A stretch of DNA of 64,000 bases from Gammaproteobacteria bacterium (GTDB lineage: Bacteria > Pseudomonadota > Gammaproteobacteria > S144-34). The notes under the pieces were generated by a model. The model was not told the origin of the DNA, searched no databases, and saw only the letters and a program-made list of their open reading frames with translations. Within the stretch, counting starts at the first letter, position 1. The number at the start of each line of letters is the position of its first letter. A program made the translations under genes and the position numbers. The DNA lies in assembly GCA_026989495.1 (NCBI GenBank), contig JALSJE010000048.1, forward strand, positions 1,198-65,197, read 5' to 3'. Shown here one piece after another: positions 1 to 9,710 of the stretch.

Positions 1-29
1 GACCGTCGGCGGCGGGGCCGGCGCGGGCA

Positions 30-1412
30 TCAGGTCTCCTCGGAGGTGCGGGGCCGCTGCGGCCGGGAGAAATAGTCCTCCTTCATCCGGACCACCAGGC
101 CCGAGAGCAGCCACAGCGAGATCAGGTTGGGCGCGGCCATGAAGATGTTGGTGATGTCCGCGAGGTTCCACACGAGCCTGAGCGGCACGGAGGCGCCCAC
201 GATCACCACCAGGGTGTAGACCACGCGGTAGGGCATGACGGCGGCCGGCCCGAGAAGGAAGCGCGCCGCGCGGTCGCCGTAGTAGGACCAGGCGATGGTG
301 GTGGAGTAGGCGAACAGCACCAGCCCCAGGCCCACGATCCAGCCGCCGGCAGGCCCCAGCACCAGGGTGAAGGCGTGCGCGGTGAGCGCCGCGCCCTTGA
401 GGCTCTCGTCCGGCGTCTGCCAGGCCCCCGTCACCACGATGGCAAGCCCCGTCATGGTGCAGATGACGAGCGTGTCGATGAAAGGCTCCATCATCGCCAC
501 CAGCCCCTCGCGCACGGGCTCGTTGGTGCGCGCGGCCGCATGGGCCATGGGCGAGGAGCCGAGGCCCGCCTCGTTGGAGAACAGGCCGCGGGCCACGCCC
601 CAGCGGATGGCCTCGCCCACGGCGGCGCCGCCCACCGCCCAGGGATTGAGGGCATGCTGGACGATGGTGGCCAGCGCGGCGGGGATCTCGGCGGCGTGGT
701 TGGCGAGCACGATGATGGCGCCGGCGAGGTAGAGCACGGCCATGAAGGGCACCAGCATGCTCGCCACCCGCGCGATGCGCCGCACCCCGCCCAGGATCAC
801 GAGCCCCACGAGGGCGGCGAGCACGAGCCCCACGGCGCCGCCGTGGCCCTTCAGCGCCGGGGCCACGTAGGCCAGCCCGTCCACCACCGAGTTGGCCTGC
901 ACCATGTTTCCGATGCCGAGCGCCGTGATCATGGCGAAGAGCGCGAAGGCCTTGGCCAGCCGGGGCATGCCGGCTCCCCGGGCGAGCGTGTACATGGGAC
1001 CGCCGGCGATCTCGCCATCGGGCGCGACCTCGCGGAAGCGCAGCGCCAGCGAGCACTCGGCGAACTTGGTGGCCATGCCGATGGCGGCGGTGACCCACAT
1101 CCAGAAGAGCGCCCCCGGGCCGCCGAAGGCGATGGCGGTGGCCACGCCCGCGATGTTGCCGGTGCCGACGGTGGCCGAGAGCGCCGTCGAGAGCGCCTGG
1201 AAATGCGAGACCTCGCCCACGTCCCGGTGGCTGCTGTAGCGGCCGGTGACGAGGGCGATGGCATGGCGGAAGCCGCGCACCTGCACCAGCCGCAGCCGCA
1301 GCGTCAGGTACAGCCCCGTGAGCAGGAGGGCGGCGAGCGTGAGCGGGCTCGACCAGAGCGCGTCGGCGACGCGGCCGGTCGCGTCCGTGAGCCAGGCGAT
1401 CGTCTCGTGCAT
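30..1412 (-). CDS. alanine/glycine:cation (Na+) symporter, AGCS family
   Basis: 460-aa ORF, polytopic membrane protein. Strong family-level resemblance to AGCS symporters (GTGNIAGVATAI, GGPGALFWMW motifs). Confidence 0.85.
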   Translation of the reverse strand: MHETIAWLTDATGRVADALWSSPLTLAALLLTGLYLTLRLRLVQVRGFRHAIALVTGRYSSHRDVGEVSHFQALSTALSATVGTGNIAGVATAIAFGGPGALFWMWVTAAIGMATKFAECSLALRFREVAPDGEIAGGPMYTLARGAGMPRLAKAFALFAMITALGIGNMVQANSVVDGLAYVAPALKGHGGAVGLVLAALVGLVILGGVRRIARVASMLVPFMAVLYLAGAIIVLANHAAEIPAALATIVQHALNPWAVGGAAVGEAIRWGVARGLFSNEAGLGSSPMAHAAARTNEPVREGLVAMMEPFIDTLVICTMTGLAIVVTGAWQTPDESLKGAALTAHAFTLVLGPAGGWIVGLGLVLFAYSTTIAWSYYGDRAARFLLGPAAVMPYRVVYTLVVIVGASVPLRLVWNLADITNIFMAAPNLISLWLLSGLVVRMKEDYFSRPQRPRTSEET

Positions 1413-1558
1413 GGCGGGCTAAGCTAGCGGAGCGTCGGGTGCGCGGCAAGCGGCCCCGGGCTGGCGGCGGAAAGGAAAAGGCCCGGCCGGAGCCGGGCCA
1501 AGCACACGGGGGAGAGGAGAGGGGCGGCCCCTTCTTGCGGGGGCCCGTCCGGCTGCGA

Positions 1559-3856
1559 TCAGGCCGTCAGGTGCCGCTTGAGCGCCTCCACGGCGGCGTT
1601 CATGGCGCGGTCGAAGAGAGGCACGTCCTCCAGGATGCGCGCATCCCCGCGGCGCAGCTCCGCGGCGAGGCCGTGAAGCGTCTTCTCGGCCACCTTGGCA
1701 CCCTTGCGGTTGACGAAGACCATGCGGTCGGTGACCGGGCTGCGCCAGGAGAGCTTGGCGCGCACCCGCTCGCCGGCCTCGTCGAGGAGCTCGAACCAGG
1801 TCCCCGTGGGCACCGACTCCAGGCGCTCGACGTGCTCGTCGCGCGCGCCCGGGTCGGGCAGGCCGCCGGCCGGCGGCTCGGCCTCGAGCACGATCTCCTC
1901 GACGATCCCGTCCTCGCCCTGGCGTTCCTCCGGCAGCGGCTCCGCCACGGGCGCCTCCGTGCCCGTCACCGCCTCGTCGGGGATCTCCGGCACCGAGAGC
2001 CGCTTCACGGAGGCCTCGGCAGGCTCGGGGTCCGCCCCGGGCGCGGCGGGCTCCATGCCGGGAAGCGGATGTCCGCGCAGCACGGCGATGTGGCAGGCCT
2101 CGAGCCCGTCGAACCAGGCCCGGGCCTCGTCCTCGTGCAGCGAGATGAGCGCGAAGCCGGCGCGCAGCTCGTCCACCAGGGGCTGGACGGCGCGGGCGTA
2201 GGCGGCGCGGTCGGAGGCGCTCCCGGGCTGCAGGCTCCAGACGAGGCGCTCGGCCACCTCCATCGCCTGCAGCCAGCGCTCGCTCCCCTCGCCCTCGCGC
2301 AGGGCGATCATGACCAGCACGTTGCGCCACGGTCCCTCCAGCAGGCGGCGCGCCACGGGCGGCAGCGGCTGCCCGGCGATGGCGGCCTCGATCGCCTCGG
2401 CGGCGCGGGCGCGGGCGATCTCGAGCCGCTCGCGGCCCTCGGAGGCCTGGCGCGTGCGCTCCTCGAGCAGCGCGAAGTGGCGCGCCTCCTCCTCCAGGTA
2501 GGCCTCGAAGTCGGCGAGCAGGGACTCGAAGAGGGCGATGTCCGTGCCGAACTCGGTGAGCACGCGCTCGACGATCTCCTCGATCTTGGCGTAGAGGCTG
2601 CCGGGGCCGCGGTCGGAGGCCTCGTCCCAGCCGAGCGCCGCCTGGGCGAGGGCGTTGAGCAGGCGCCGTGCGGGGTGGGCCTTGTGGCTGAAGAAGCCCT
2701 TGTCGAGGATGGCGACCTTGAGGATCGGGATCTGGAGCCGGCCGATGAGCGCCTTCATGGGCTCGGGGAGGTTGCGGTCGTCCAGGATGAAGTCGAACAG
2801 CATCCCGATCATGTCGATGACGTCGTCATCGACGCGGTTGATCGCGGCCGCGCCGCTGCGGGGCGCGATCTCGCGGATGCGCTCGATCAGGGCGGCCTTG
2901 ATGTCGCCGCCCGACGCGGCCAGGGCCTCGTCGGCCGCACGCTGGAGCGCGTCGAGGGCGCTCGCCACCTCGGTCGAGCCCCAGCAGGTCCCTGCGCCCC
3001 CGGACGTCGCCGGCGCCTTGTTCCGGCCGATGAGGGCGAGCAGGGTCTCGAAGAGCGCGGCGTCCGCGGTCGCGCCGTCGCTCACGCCGCCCGTGTCGAG
3101 CTCGACCGCGGGACCGGCGGCGGGCGGGGCGATGCGGCGCTGGGCCCCGCGCGCGGCGGGGTAGGTGCGCGCGCGGACCTTGAGATCGGGCAGCACGCCG
3201 GCGCTCGCGAGCGTGCGATTGGCCGCCGCGTACACGGGCCCCAGCTCCGAGATCACGAAGCGGTCGAACAGCTTGAGGACGATGAGGCGCACCCGCAGCT
3301 CCACGTCCATGGCCTCGGTGGCCTCGCCGAAGGCCTCGCACAGGCGGCGCGGGGCCAGCGGCATCTCGTCGCGCGCCAGGCGGCGGCGCCCGAGGAGGGC
3401 CTGGAAGCGCTCGTGGAGCGCGTGCAGCTCGCCACGGTGGCGGGCCTCGGCCTTGTCCACCATGCCGGCGATGGCCACCGACTCCTCCATCTCCTCCTCG
3501 TCCACCAGGCTGAGCCCCTCCGCGGCGGATGGGGCGGCCGCTGGCCGCGGAGCGGCCGTCAGCGCCAGGTCGAAGCCGGAGGCCACCGCCTGCAGGAAGC
3601 GCTGCTCCATCTCGGCGCGCGCCAGGCGCACCGCCCGCATGGCGTCGAAGTAGGCGCTCTGCTGGGCGTTGCTCTCGGCCTTCTCCGCGAGGTCGAAGAG
3701 GGCGTCGTCGACGTTGTCGAACATGTCGCGCAGGAGCTCGCGCAGCTGCTCGCGCGCCTGGTCGCGCAGCCGGGAGACGAGCGTGCCCGCGTGCGGGTGC
3801 CGTTCGGCACGGCGTGCCTCCGCGCTGTCCAGCGGTATGACCTTGCGCTCGTGCAT
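1559..3856 (-). CDS. DUF1631 family protein
   Basis: N-terminal region (LRELLRDMFDNVDDALFDLAEKAESNAQQSAYFDAMR) matches the characteristic DUF1631 start. ~765 aa if started at internal Met preceded by GAGGG. The upstream in-frame extension is probably not translated. Confidence 0.65.
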   Translation of the reverse strand: MHERKVIPLDSAEARRAERHPHAGTLVSRLRDQAREQLRELLRDMFDNVDDALFDLAEKAESNAQQSAYFDAMRAVRLARAEMEQRFLQAVASGFDLALTAAPRPAAAPSAAEGLSLVDEEEMEESVAIAGMVDKAEARHRGELHALHERFQALLGRRRLARDEMPLAPRRLCEAFGEATEAMDVELRVRLIVLKLFDRFVISELGPVYAAANRTLASAGVLPDLKVRARTYPAARGAQRRIAPPAAGPAVELDTGGVSDGATADAALFETLLALIGRNKAPATSGGAGTCWGSTEVASALDALQRAADEALAASGGDIKAALIERIREIAPRSGAAAINRVDDDVIDMIGMLFDFILDDRNLPEPMKALIGRLQIPILKVAILDKGFFSHKAHPARRLLNALAQAALGWDEASDRGPGSLYAKIEEIVERVLTEFGTDIALFESLLADFEAYLEEEARHFALLEERTRQASEGRERLEIARARAAEAIEAAIAGQPLPPVARRLLEGPWRNVLVMIALREGEGSERWLQAMEVAERLVWSLQPGSASDRAAYARAVQPLVDELRAGFALISLHEDEARAWFDGLEACHIAVLRGHPLPGMEPAAPGADPEPAEASVKRLSVPEIPDEAVTGTEAPVAEPLPEERQGEDGIVEEIVLEAEPPAGGLPDPGARDEHVERLESVPTGTWFELLDEAGERVRAKLSWRSPVTDRMVFVNRKGAKVAEKTLHGLAAELRRGDARILEDVPLFDRAMNAAVEALKRHLTA

Positions 3857-4028
3857 GGCTGTGCCCTCGCTGCTCGGCTCCGACGCCCGGCCGTGTCCGC
3901 GCGTGGGTGGCGCGCGGGATGGCCGGACCTGCTGTCGGATGGTGCGCACAGGATGCGGCAGCGGTTGCCACGGATTCCGTGACGGAGGTCGCAGGCGTCA
4001 GGGGCGGCGCCGCGAAGCGTGACGGGCT

Positions 4029-6785
4029 TCACGGCGCCGCCGACGGGCGGCCGTTCCGGCGGGACGCGCGGTAGCGCAGCCACGCCTTCTCGGCCTCCAC
4101 CGCGAGCAGCAGGAGCGCGGCGGCGAGACCCGCGCGCAGCCAGGCCCCGGGCGCCGGGGCCGCGGTGCCGAAGACGGCCTGCATGGCGGGCAGGTAGGTG
4201 AAGGGAAGCTGCAGGAGCACGACGGTGGCCACGGCCGCAGGCACCCAGGGATTGCGCGCGCGCGCGCGCGCCCAGAGGGCGGTGCGCAGGCGGCGGGCAT
4301 TCAGCAGGTAGGCCGCCTCGAGCAGCACCAGGGCGTTGACTGCGGCGGCGCGTGCGGCCTCCAGGGTGGAGCCGGCAGCGAGCTCCCAGGCGAACAGGCC
4401 GTAGATGGCGGCCACCATCAGCAGCCCCACGAAGGCCGTGCGCCACAGCACGAAGGGCGAGAGCAGGCGCTCGTCACGTGGCCGCGGCGGGCGCCGCATC
4501 ACGTCGGCCTCGGCCGGCTCGACCGCGATGGCGAGCGCGAGCGTCACGGCCGTGACCATGTTGACCCACAGGATCTGCACCGGCGTGATGGGCAGGAGCT
4601 GGCCCGCCGCCACCGCGGCCACGATGACCCCCGCCTCGGCGGCGTTCGTGGGCAGCACGAAGGCGATGGCCTTGCGGATGTTGTCGTAGACGGTGCGGCC
4701 TTCCTCGACCGCGGCGGCGATGGAGGCGAAATTGTCGTCGGCGAGCACCACCTCGGCGGCCTCGCGCGCCGCGGCCGTGCCCTTGCGCCCCATGGCCACG
4801 CCGACGTCCGCCTGGCGCAGGGCCGGGGCGTCGTTGACGCCGTCGCCGGTCATGGCCACCACCTCGCCGTGCCGCTGCAGCGCGCGCACGAGCGCCAGCT
4901 TGTGCTCGGGGGCCGTGCGCGCGAAGACGTCCACGCGCCCGGCCGCGCGCGCCAGCGCCGCCCCGTCCAGGGGGTCGAGCTCGGCCCCCGTCAGGACCGC
5001 CGGCTCGCCCTCCCCGAGCCCCAGGCGCACGGCGATGGCGCGGGCCGTGGCGGCGTGGTCGCCGGTGATCATCTTGACGCGGATGCCGGCCGCGCGGCAG
5101 CGGGCGACGGCCTCGACCGCCTCGGGGCGCGGCGGATCGGCCAGGCCCACCAGCCCCAGGAAGACGAGGTCCGTGCCCAGGTCCTCGTAGCGCAGGTTGC
5201 GCTGCTCGGCGGGGGCCGGGCGCATCGCCACCGCGAGCACGCGCAGCCCGTCGCCCGTGAGCCGCTCCAGCGCCAGGTGCCAGTAGCCGTGATCGATGGG
5301 CCGGTCCCCGCCATGGGCGTGCTCGCTCACGCACAGCTCGAGCAGGCGCTCGGGCGCGCCCTTGACGAATATGCAGCCGTGGCCCGCATGGTCGTGGTGC
5401 AGGCTTGCCATCAGGCGCTGGTTGGGGTCGAACGGGATGAGGTCGGTGCGCGGCCATTCGCCGTGCACGGCGGCGGGATCGAGGCCGGCCTTGCGCGCGA
5501 GCACCACCAGCGCGGCGTCCACCGGGTCGCCGGCGATCCGCGGCTTGCCGTCGGCGTCCAGCGCCACCTCGGCCTCGCTCGCCAGCAGCGCCGCGCGCGC
5601 GAGCGCCATGAGGTCGGGGCGGGCGGTGGGCTCCACGGGCTGCCCGTCCACCCGGAATTCGCCGTGGAAGCCGTAGCCCACGCCCGTGACCGTGTAACGC
5701 GCCTCGGCGGTGACGACGGCCTCCGTGGTGAGCTCGTTGCGGGTGAGCGTGCCGGTCTTGTCCGAGCAGATGACGGTGACCGCGCCCAGGGTGTCCACGG
5801 CCGGCAGGCGGCGGATGATGGCGTGGCGCCGGGCCATGCGCTGCACGCCCACGGCCAGCGCGATGGTGAGGATGGCCGGCAGCCCTTCCGGGATGGCCGC
5901 CACCGCCAGCCCCACCGCCGCCATGAACATGTCCGCTGCGGGCTGCCCGCGCACCGCGACCCCGAAGGCGAAGGTGGCGGCGGCCAGCGCCAGGATGGCG
6001 GCGGTCAGGGTGCGGCCGAAGGCCTTCATCTGGCGCAAAAGGGGTGTCTCCACGCGCTCGGCGGTGGCCACGAGCGCCCCGATGCGCCCGATCTCTGCCG
6101 CCGCGCCCGTGGCGGTGACGACCGCGAGCGCCCGTCCGCGCGTCACCAGCGTGCCGGAGTGGACCATGTCGCGCCGGTCGGCGAGCGGGGTGGCCACGGG
6201 CACCGGCGCCGGATGCTTCTCCGTCGGCATGGATTCGCCCGTGAGCGCCGATTCGTCCACGGCCAGATCGCGGGCCTCGAGCAGGCGCGCGTCCGCCGGC
6301 ACGCGGTCGCCTGCCTGGAGAACGATCACGTCCCCGGGCACCAGGGACTCCGCCGGCACCTCCACCTGGTGCCCCTCGCGCAGCGCCACCGCCTGGGGGG
6401 CGAGCAGGAGGCGGATCGAGTCGAGGGCCCGCTCGGCCCGGCCCTCCTGGACGAAGCCCACGATGGCGTTGATGAGGACCACGCCCAGGATGACACCCGT
6501 GTCCACCCAGTGCTGCAGGAAGGCGGTGACGAGGGCCGAGGCCAGCAGCACGTAGATGAGCACATCGTGGAGATGGCGCAGCAGGCGCCTGAGGGGGCCC
6601 GGACGCGGCGGCTCCGGCAGGCGGTTGGGGCCGAAGCGCGCCAGGCGCGCGGCGGCCTCGGCGGCCGTGAGCCCCGACCGCCGGCTGCCGAGCCGCTCGA
6701 GCGCCTCCTCGGCCTCGAGGGCATGCCAGGCGGGCGCCGGGCCGGGCTCCGGTGTCTCGTGGCTCGCCGCGGGGGTATGGGGCAT
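4029..6785 (-). CDS. cation-transporting P-type ATPase (P2-type, Ca2+/Mg2+-like)
   Basis: DKTGTLT phosphorylation motif, TGDGVNDAPAL hinge motif, N-terminal cation-ATPase-N region. Start chosen at MPHTP Met with GAGGG RBS, 10 nt after the upstream gene stop. The ORF track extends to 6845. Confidence 0.85.
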   Translation of the reverse strand: MPHTPAASHETPEPGPAPAWHALEAEEALERLGSRRSGLTAAEAAARLARFGPNRLPEPPRPGPLRRLLRHLHDVLIYVLLASALVTAFLQHWVDTGVILGVVLINAIVGFVQEGRAERALDSIRLLLAPQAVALREGHQVEVPAESLVPGDVIVLQAGDRVPADARLLEARDLAVDESALTGESMPTEKHPAPVPVATPLADRRDMVHSGTLVTRGRALAVVTATGAAAEIGRIGALVATAERVETPLLRQMKAFGRTLTAAILALAAATFAFGVAVRGQPAADMFMAAVGLAVAAIPEGLPAILTIALAVGVQRMARRHAIIRRLPAVDTLGAVTVICSDKTGTLTRNELTTEAVVTAEARYTVTGVGYGFHGEFRVDGQPVEPTARPDLMALARAALLASEAEVALDADGKPRIAGDPVDAALVVLARKAGLDPAAVHGEWPRTDLIPFDPNQRLMASLHHDHAGHGCIFVKGAPERLLELCVSEHAHGGDRPIDHGYWHLALERLTGDGLRVLAVAMRPAPAEQRNLRYEDLGTDLVFLGLVGLADPPRPEAVEAVARCRAAGIRVKMITGDHAATARAIAVRLGLGEGEPAVLTGAELDPLDGAALARAAGRVDVFARTAPEHKLALVRALQRHGEVVAMTGDGVNDAPALRQADVGVAMGRKGTAAAREAAEVVLADDNFASIAAAVEEGRTVYDNIRKAIAFVLPTNAAEAGVIVAAVAAGQLLPITPVQILWVNMVTAVTLALAIAVEPAEADVMRRPPRPRDERLLSPFVLWRTAFVGLLMVAAIYGLFAWELAAGSTLEAARAAAVNALVLLEAAYLLNARRLRTALWARARARNPWVPAAVATVVLLQLPFTYLPAMQAVFGTAAPAPGAWLRAGLAAALLLLAVEAEKAWLRYRASRRNGRPSAAP

Positions 6786-6795
6786 GGAGGGGCCC

Positions 6796-8778
6796 TCAGC
6801 CCTTGAGGAGCAGCGCCTCGGCGCGCTCCAGGTCCTCGGGGGCACCGTAGAGGACCAGGACGTCGCCCGCCCGCAGGCGGGTGTCGCCCCGGGGCGGGGG
6901 GCCGCGGCGCTCGCCGCGGCGGATGGCGGCCACCTCCACCCCGGCCTCGTCCAGGGCGAGGTCGCGCAGGCGCCTCCCGACCGCGTGCGCCCCCTCCGGC
7001 AGGGGCACGGCGTGCAGCCGCTCGCGGAAGGCGCCGGTGCCGAGGGGCTCGGGCTCCTGGCCGTGGAAGAAGCTGCGCAGCAGGCGGTAGCGGTCCTCGC
7101 GCACGCCGCGCACCCGCCGCACCACCCGCGAGACCGGCACGCCGAGCAGCAGCAGCAGGTGCGAGACCAGCATCAGGCTCGCCTCCAGGGTCTCGGGCAC
7201 CACCTCCGTCGCGCCGGCCGCCTGGAGCCGTTCCAGGTCTGCGTCGTCGCGGGTGCGCACGAGCACGGGGAGGTCCTCGCGCAGCCGGCGCACCGCGCGC
7301 ACCACCGTGAGCGCCGCTGGCGGGTCGTCGTAGGTCACCACCACGGCGCGTGCCCGGCCCAGGCCGGCCGCCTCGAGTATCTCCAGGTGCGTGGAGTCGC
7401 CGTAGTGGACGGGCTCGCCGGCCTCGCGCGCCTCGCGCACGCGGTCCGGATCGAGGTCGAGGGCGAAATAGGGGAAGCCTTCCCGGTCGAGGAAGCGCGC
7501 CACGTTCTGGCCCACCCGGCCGAAGCCGCAGATGATGACGTGGCCGCTCAGCCCCTTGGCCGCCTCGGCGATCGCGCGCCGGCTGGCCTCGCGCCGGCCC
7601 ACGTAGCCCCCCCGAAAGAGCCGCTTGGCGATGCGGCCGTTGTAGCGGATGAGGATGGGCGCGAGCGCCATGCTGAGCACGATGGCCGTGAGCACCACCT
7701 GCGCCGCGGTCTCGCCGACCACGTCCCGGTGGAGGGCGAGCGCCAGCAGCGCGAAGCCGAACTCGCCCCCCTGGCCCAGCACCAGCGCGGTGCGCAGGGC
7801 CACGCCCGGCTCGGCCCGGCCGAGCCGGGCGAGCGCGTAGACCAGCGCACCCTTGCCGGCCACCAGCCCCGTCGCGGCGGCCGTCACCGCCAGCCAGTGC
7901 TGCGGCAGCACGCGCGGGTCGAGCAGCATGCCCACGGTGACGAAGAACAGCCCCAGCAGCACGTCGCGGAAGGGGCGGATGTCGGCCTCGATCTGGTGCC
8001 GGTACTCGGTCTCGGAAAGCATCATCCCGGCCAGGAAGGCACCGAGGGCGGGCGAAAGCCCCATGCGGTGGGTGAGCCAGGCCGCGCTCAGGGTGACCAG
8101 CAGCACCGTGAGGGTGAACAGCTCCGGCGAGCGCGCCGAGGCCACCTCGTGGAACAGCGGGCGCAGCAGCCAGTGGCCGGCGGCGAGCAGCCCCACCACC
8201 ACGAGCAGGCCCTTGGCGAGCGCCCAGGCGAGGGGGACGAGCATCCCGTCCGTGCCCTGGCCGGCGAGCGCCGGCACCAGGATCAGGAAGGGGATCACGG
8301 CGAGATCCTGGAACAGCAGCACGCCCACCGCGAGACGGCCGTGGCGGGAGTTGAGCTCGAGCTGCTCGGCGAGCTGCTTCATCACGATGGCCGTGGAGGA
8401 GAGGGCGAGCGCGCCGCCCACCACCACGGCCTCGGGCCAGGGGGCGCCCCAGGCGCGCAGCGCCCAGGCCGAGGCGGCGGTGGTGATGGCCACCTGCGCG
8501 CCGCCCAGGCCCAGCACCGCCGCCCGCATGGCCACGAGCCGGGGCAGGGAGAACTCCAGCCCGATGGTGAAGAGGAGGAAGACCACGCCGAACTCGGCGA
8601 GCACCCGCGTCTCGGGGGCGTCCGGCACCCAGCCGAGCCCGTGCGGCCCCACCACCACGCCCACCGCCAGGTAGCCGAGGACGGCGGGCAGGTGGAAGCG
8701 CCGCAGGGCTGCGACCGCCGCCACCGCGCTCACCAGCAGGATCAGGATCGCGGCCAGCGTGTCGTGGGTCTGTTCCAT
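6796..8778 (-). CDS. CPA2 family K+/H+ antiporter (KefB/KefC-like) with RCK/TrkA-N and TrkA-C domains
   Basis: 660 aa. N-terminal Na+/H+ exchanger-type membrane domain. Rossmann GFGRVG (TrkA-N) followed by a C-terminal TrkA-C-like region. Confidence 0.85.
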   Translation of the reverse strand: MEQTHDTLAAILILLVSAVAAVAALRRFHLPAVLGYLAVGVVVGPHGLGWVPDAPETRVLAEFGVVFLLFTIGLEFSLPRLVAMRAAVLGLGGAQVAITTAASAWALRAWGAPWPEAVVVGGALALSSTAIVMKQLAEQLELNSRHGRLAVGVLLFQDLAVIPFLILVPALAGQGTDGMLVPLAWALAKGLLVVVGLLAAGHWLLRPLFHEVASARSPELFTLTVLLVTLSAAWLTHRMGLSPALGAFLAGMMLSETEYRHQIEADIRPFRDVLLGLFFVTVGMLLDPRVLPQHWLAVTAAATGLVAGKGALVYALARLGRAEPGVALRTALVLGQGGEFGFALLALALHRDVVGETAAQVVLTAIVLSMALAPILIRYNGRIAKRLFRGGYVGRREASRRAIAEAAKGLSGHVIICGFGRVGQNVARFLDREGFPYFALDLDPDRVREAREAGEPVHYGDSTHLEILEAAGLGRARAVVVTYDDPPAALTVVRAVRRLREDLPVLVRTRDDADLERLQAAGATEVVPETLEASLMLVSHLLLLLGVPVSRVVRRVRGVREDRYRLLRSFFHGQEPEPLGTGAFRERLHAVPLPEGAHAVGRRLRDLALDEAGVEVAAIRRGERRGPPPRGDTRLRAGDVLVLYGAPEDLERAEALLLKG

Positions 8779-8830
8779 CCGGCAGGGTTCCGGGAGAGGC
8801 GACGGGGGGCGGGGCGATGAGGAGGCGCCC

Positions 8831-9589
8831 TCACAGCGGAATCAGCTCCGGCGGCTCCTCCGGGTCCAGCACCAGCAGGTGGCGCTCCGGCACCGGCTGC
8901 CAGTAGCCGGTGCCGGTGAGCGGCTCGGAGGCAACGAGCTGCCCCTCCGGGAAGGCCTCGTCGTCGGCGGTGTAGTAGAGGCTGGGGCAGGGCCCGCCGA
9001 CGGCGTGGCGCACCGCGTAGACGTACTCGCCGTCGGCCACCACCACGTTGAGCAGGGCCGATGCGCCGGCGCACCAGGCCTCCACCCGGCGCAGGGTTTC
9101 GCGCAGGGCCTCCTCCAGCGCCATGTCCGTGTCCTCGTGCAGCACCTGCCGCAGCAGGGCGAACAGGTGCTCGGAATCCGTCGTGCCCTGGATGTGGGCC
9201 TCGATCTCCGGAGCGAGGCCGCGTCGCAGGGCCGGCCGCACGCGGGTGGCGAACTCGTGCACGGGGCCCGCGTGCAGGAACAGGAGGGCGTCGTCGTGGA
9301 AGGGCTGGAGGCCGGCGAGGCAGCCTGCCTGGCTCGCGGGCGCCGTCCGCACCGCGGCCATCCACAGGTCCGCCTCGAGGCTGCGCGCCAGGTGCGCCAG
9401 GTTGGGATCGCATCCCGGCGGCAGCGGGCTCACGTAGACCGCAGGCGCGTCGTCCGGGGCGTACCAGCCCACACCGTAGCCGCAGCCGCCGGCGCCGGGG
9501 TGGTTCTCGCGAGCCAGAGCATGGGGCGGGTCGAGGAGGAAGCGCCCGAGGGCGATCTCCGGTCCCAGGTAGGCGGCGAGGCGGGCCAT
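8831..9589 (-). CDS. class II (Ntn) glutamine amidotransferase homologue (EgtC/YafJ-like) lacking the nucleophile Cys
   Basis: MARLAAYLGPEIAL...LLDPPHAL...GVGWY resembles the MCR/MCE-LGYLG N-terminus of EgtC/YafJ-type GATases. Position 2 is Ala (gcc), not Cys. Start taken at the internal Met; the ORF track extends to 9685. Confidence 0.55.
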   Translation of the reverse strand: MARLAAYLGPEIALGRFLLDPPHALARENHPGAGGCGYGVGWYAPDDAPAVYVSPLPPGCDPNLAHLARSLEADLWMAAVRTAPASQAGCLAGLQPFHDDALLFLHAGPVHEFATRVRPALRRGLAPEIEAHIQGTTDSEHLFALLRQVLHEDTDMALEEALRETLRRVEAWCAGASALLNVVVADGEYVYAVRHAVGGPCPSLYYTADDEAFPEGQLVASEPLTGTGYWQPVPERHLLVLDPEEPPELIPL

Positions 9590-9710
9590 GGAGGCATGGT
9601 ACGGGAGGCGGGAGCCGGGAGGAAAGGGACGAGCGCAGGGGAGGTCCGTGCTTCCCGAGCGACCGGCTCCAAGAGGCCTCGCCATCGCCCCCGGGCGCGC
9701 GAGGGCGCGC

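Noticed and set aside
1439-3982. 847-aa plus-strand ORF antisense to the DUF1631 gene. Similar giant ORFs: 375-1427, 4869-6806, 6556-8820, 12045-13751, 17442-20009, 27647-31009, 42190-45804 and others.
   Set aside because: At ~70% GC stop codons are rare in off-frames. These overlap well-supported genes on the other strand or frame, have Arg/Ala/Gly/Pro-dominated composition and no recognisable domains.
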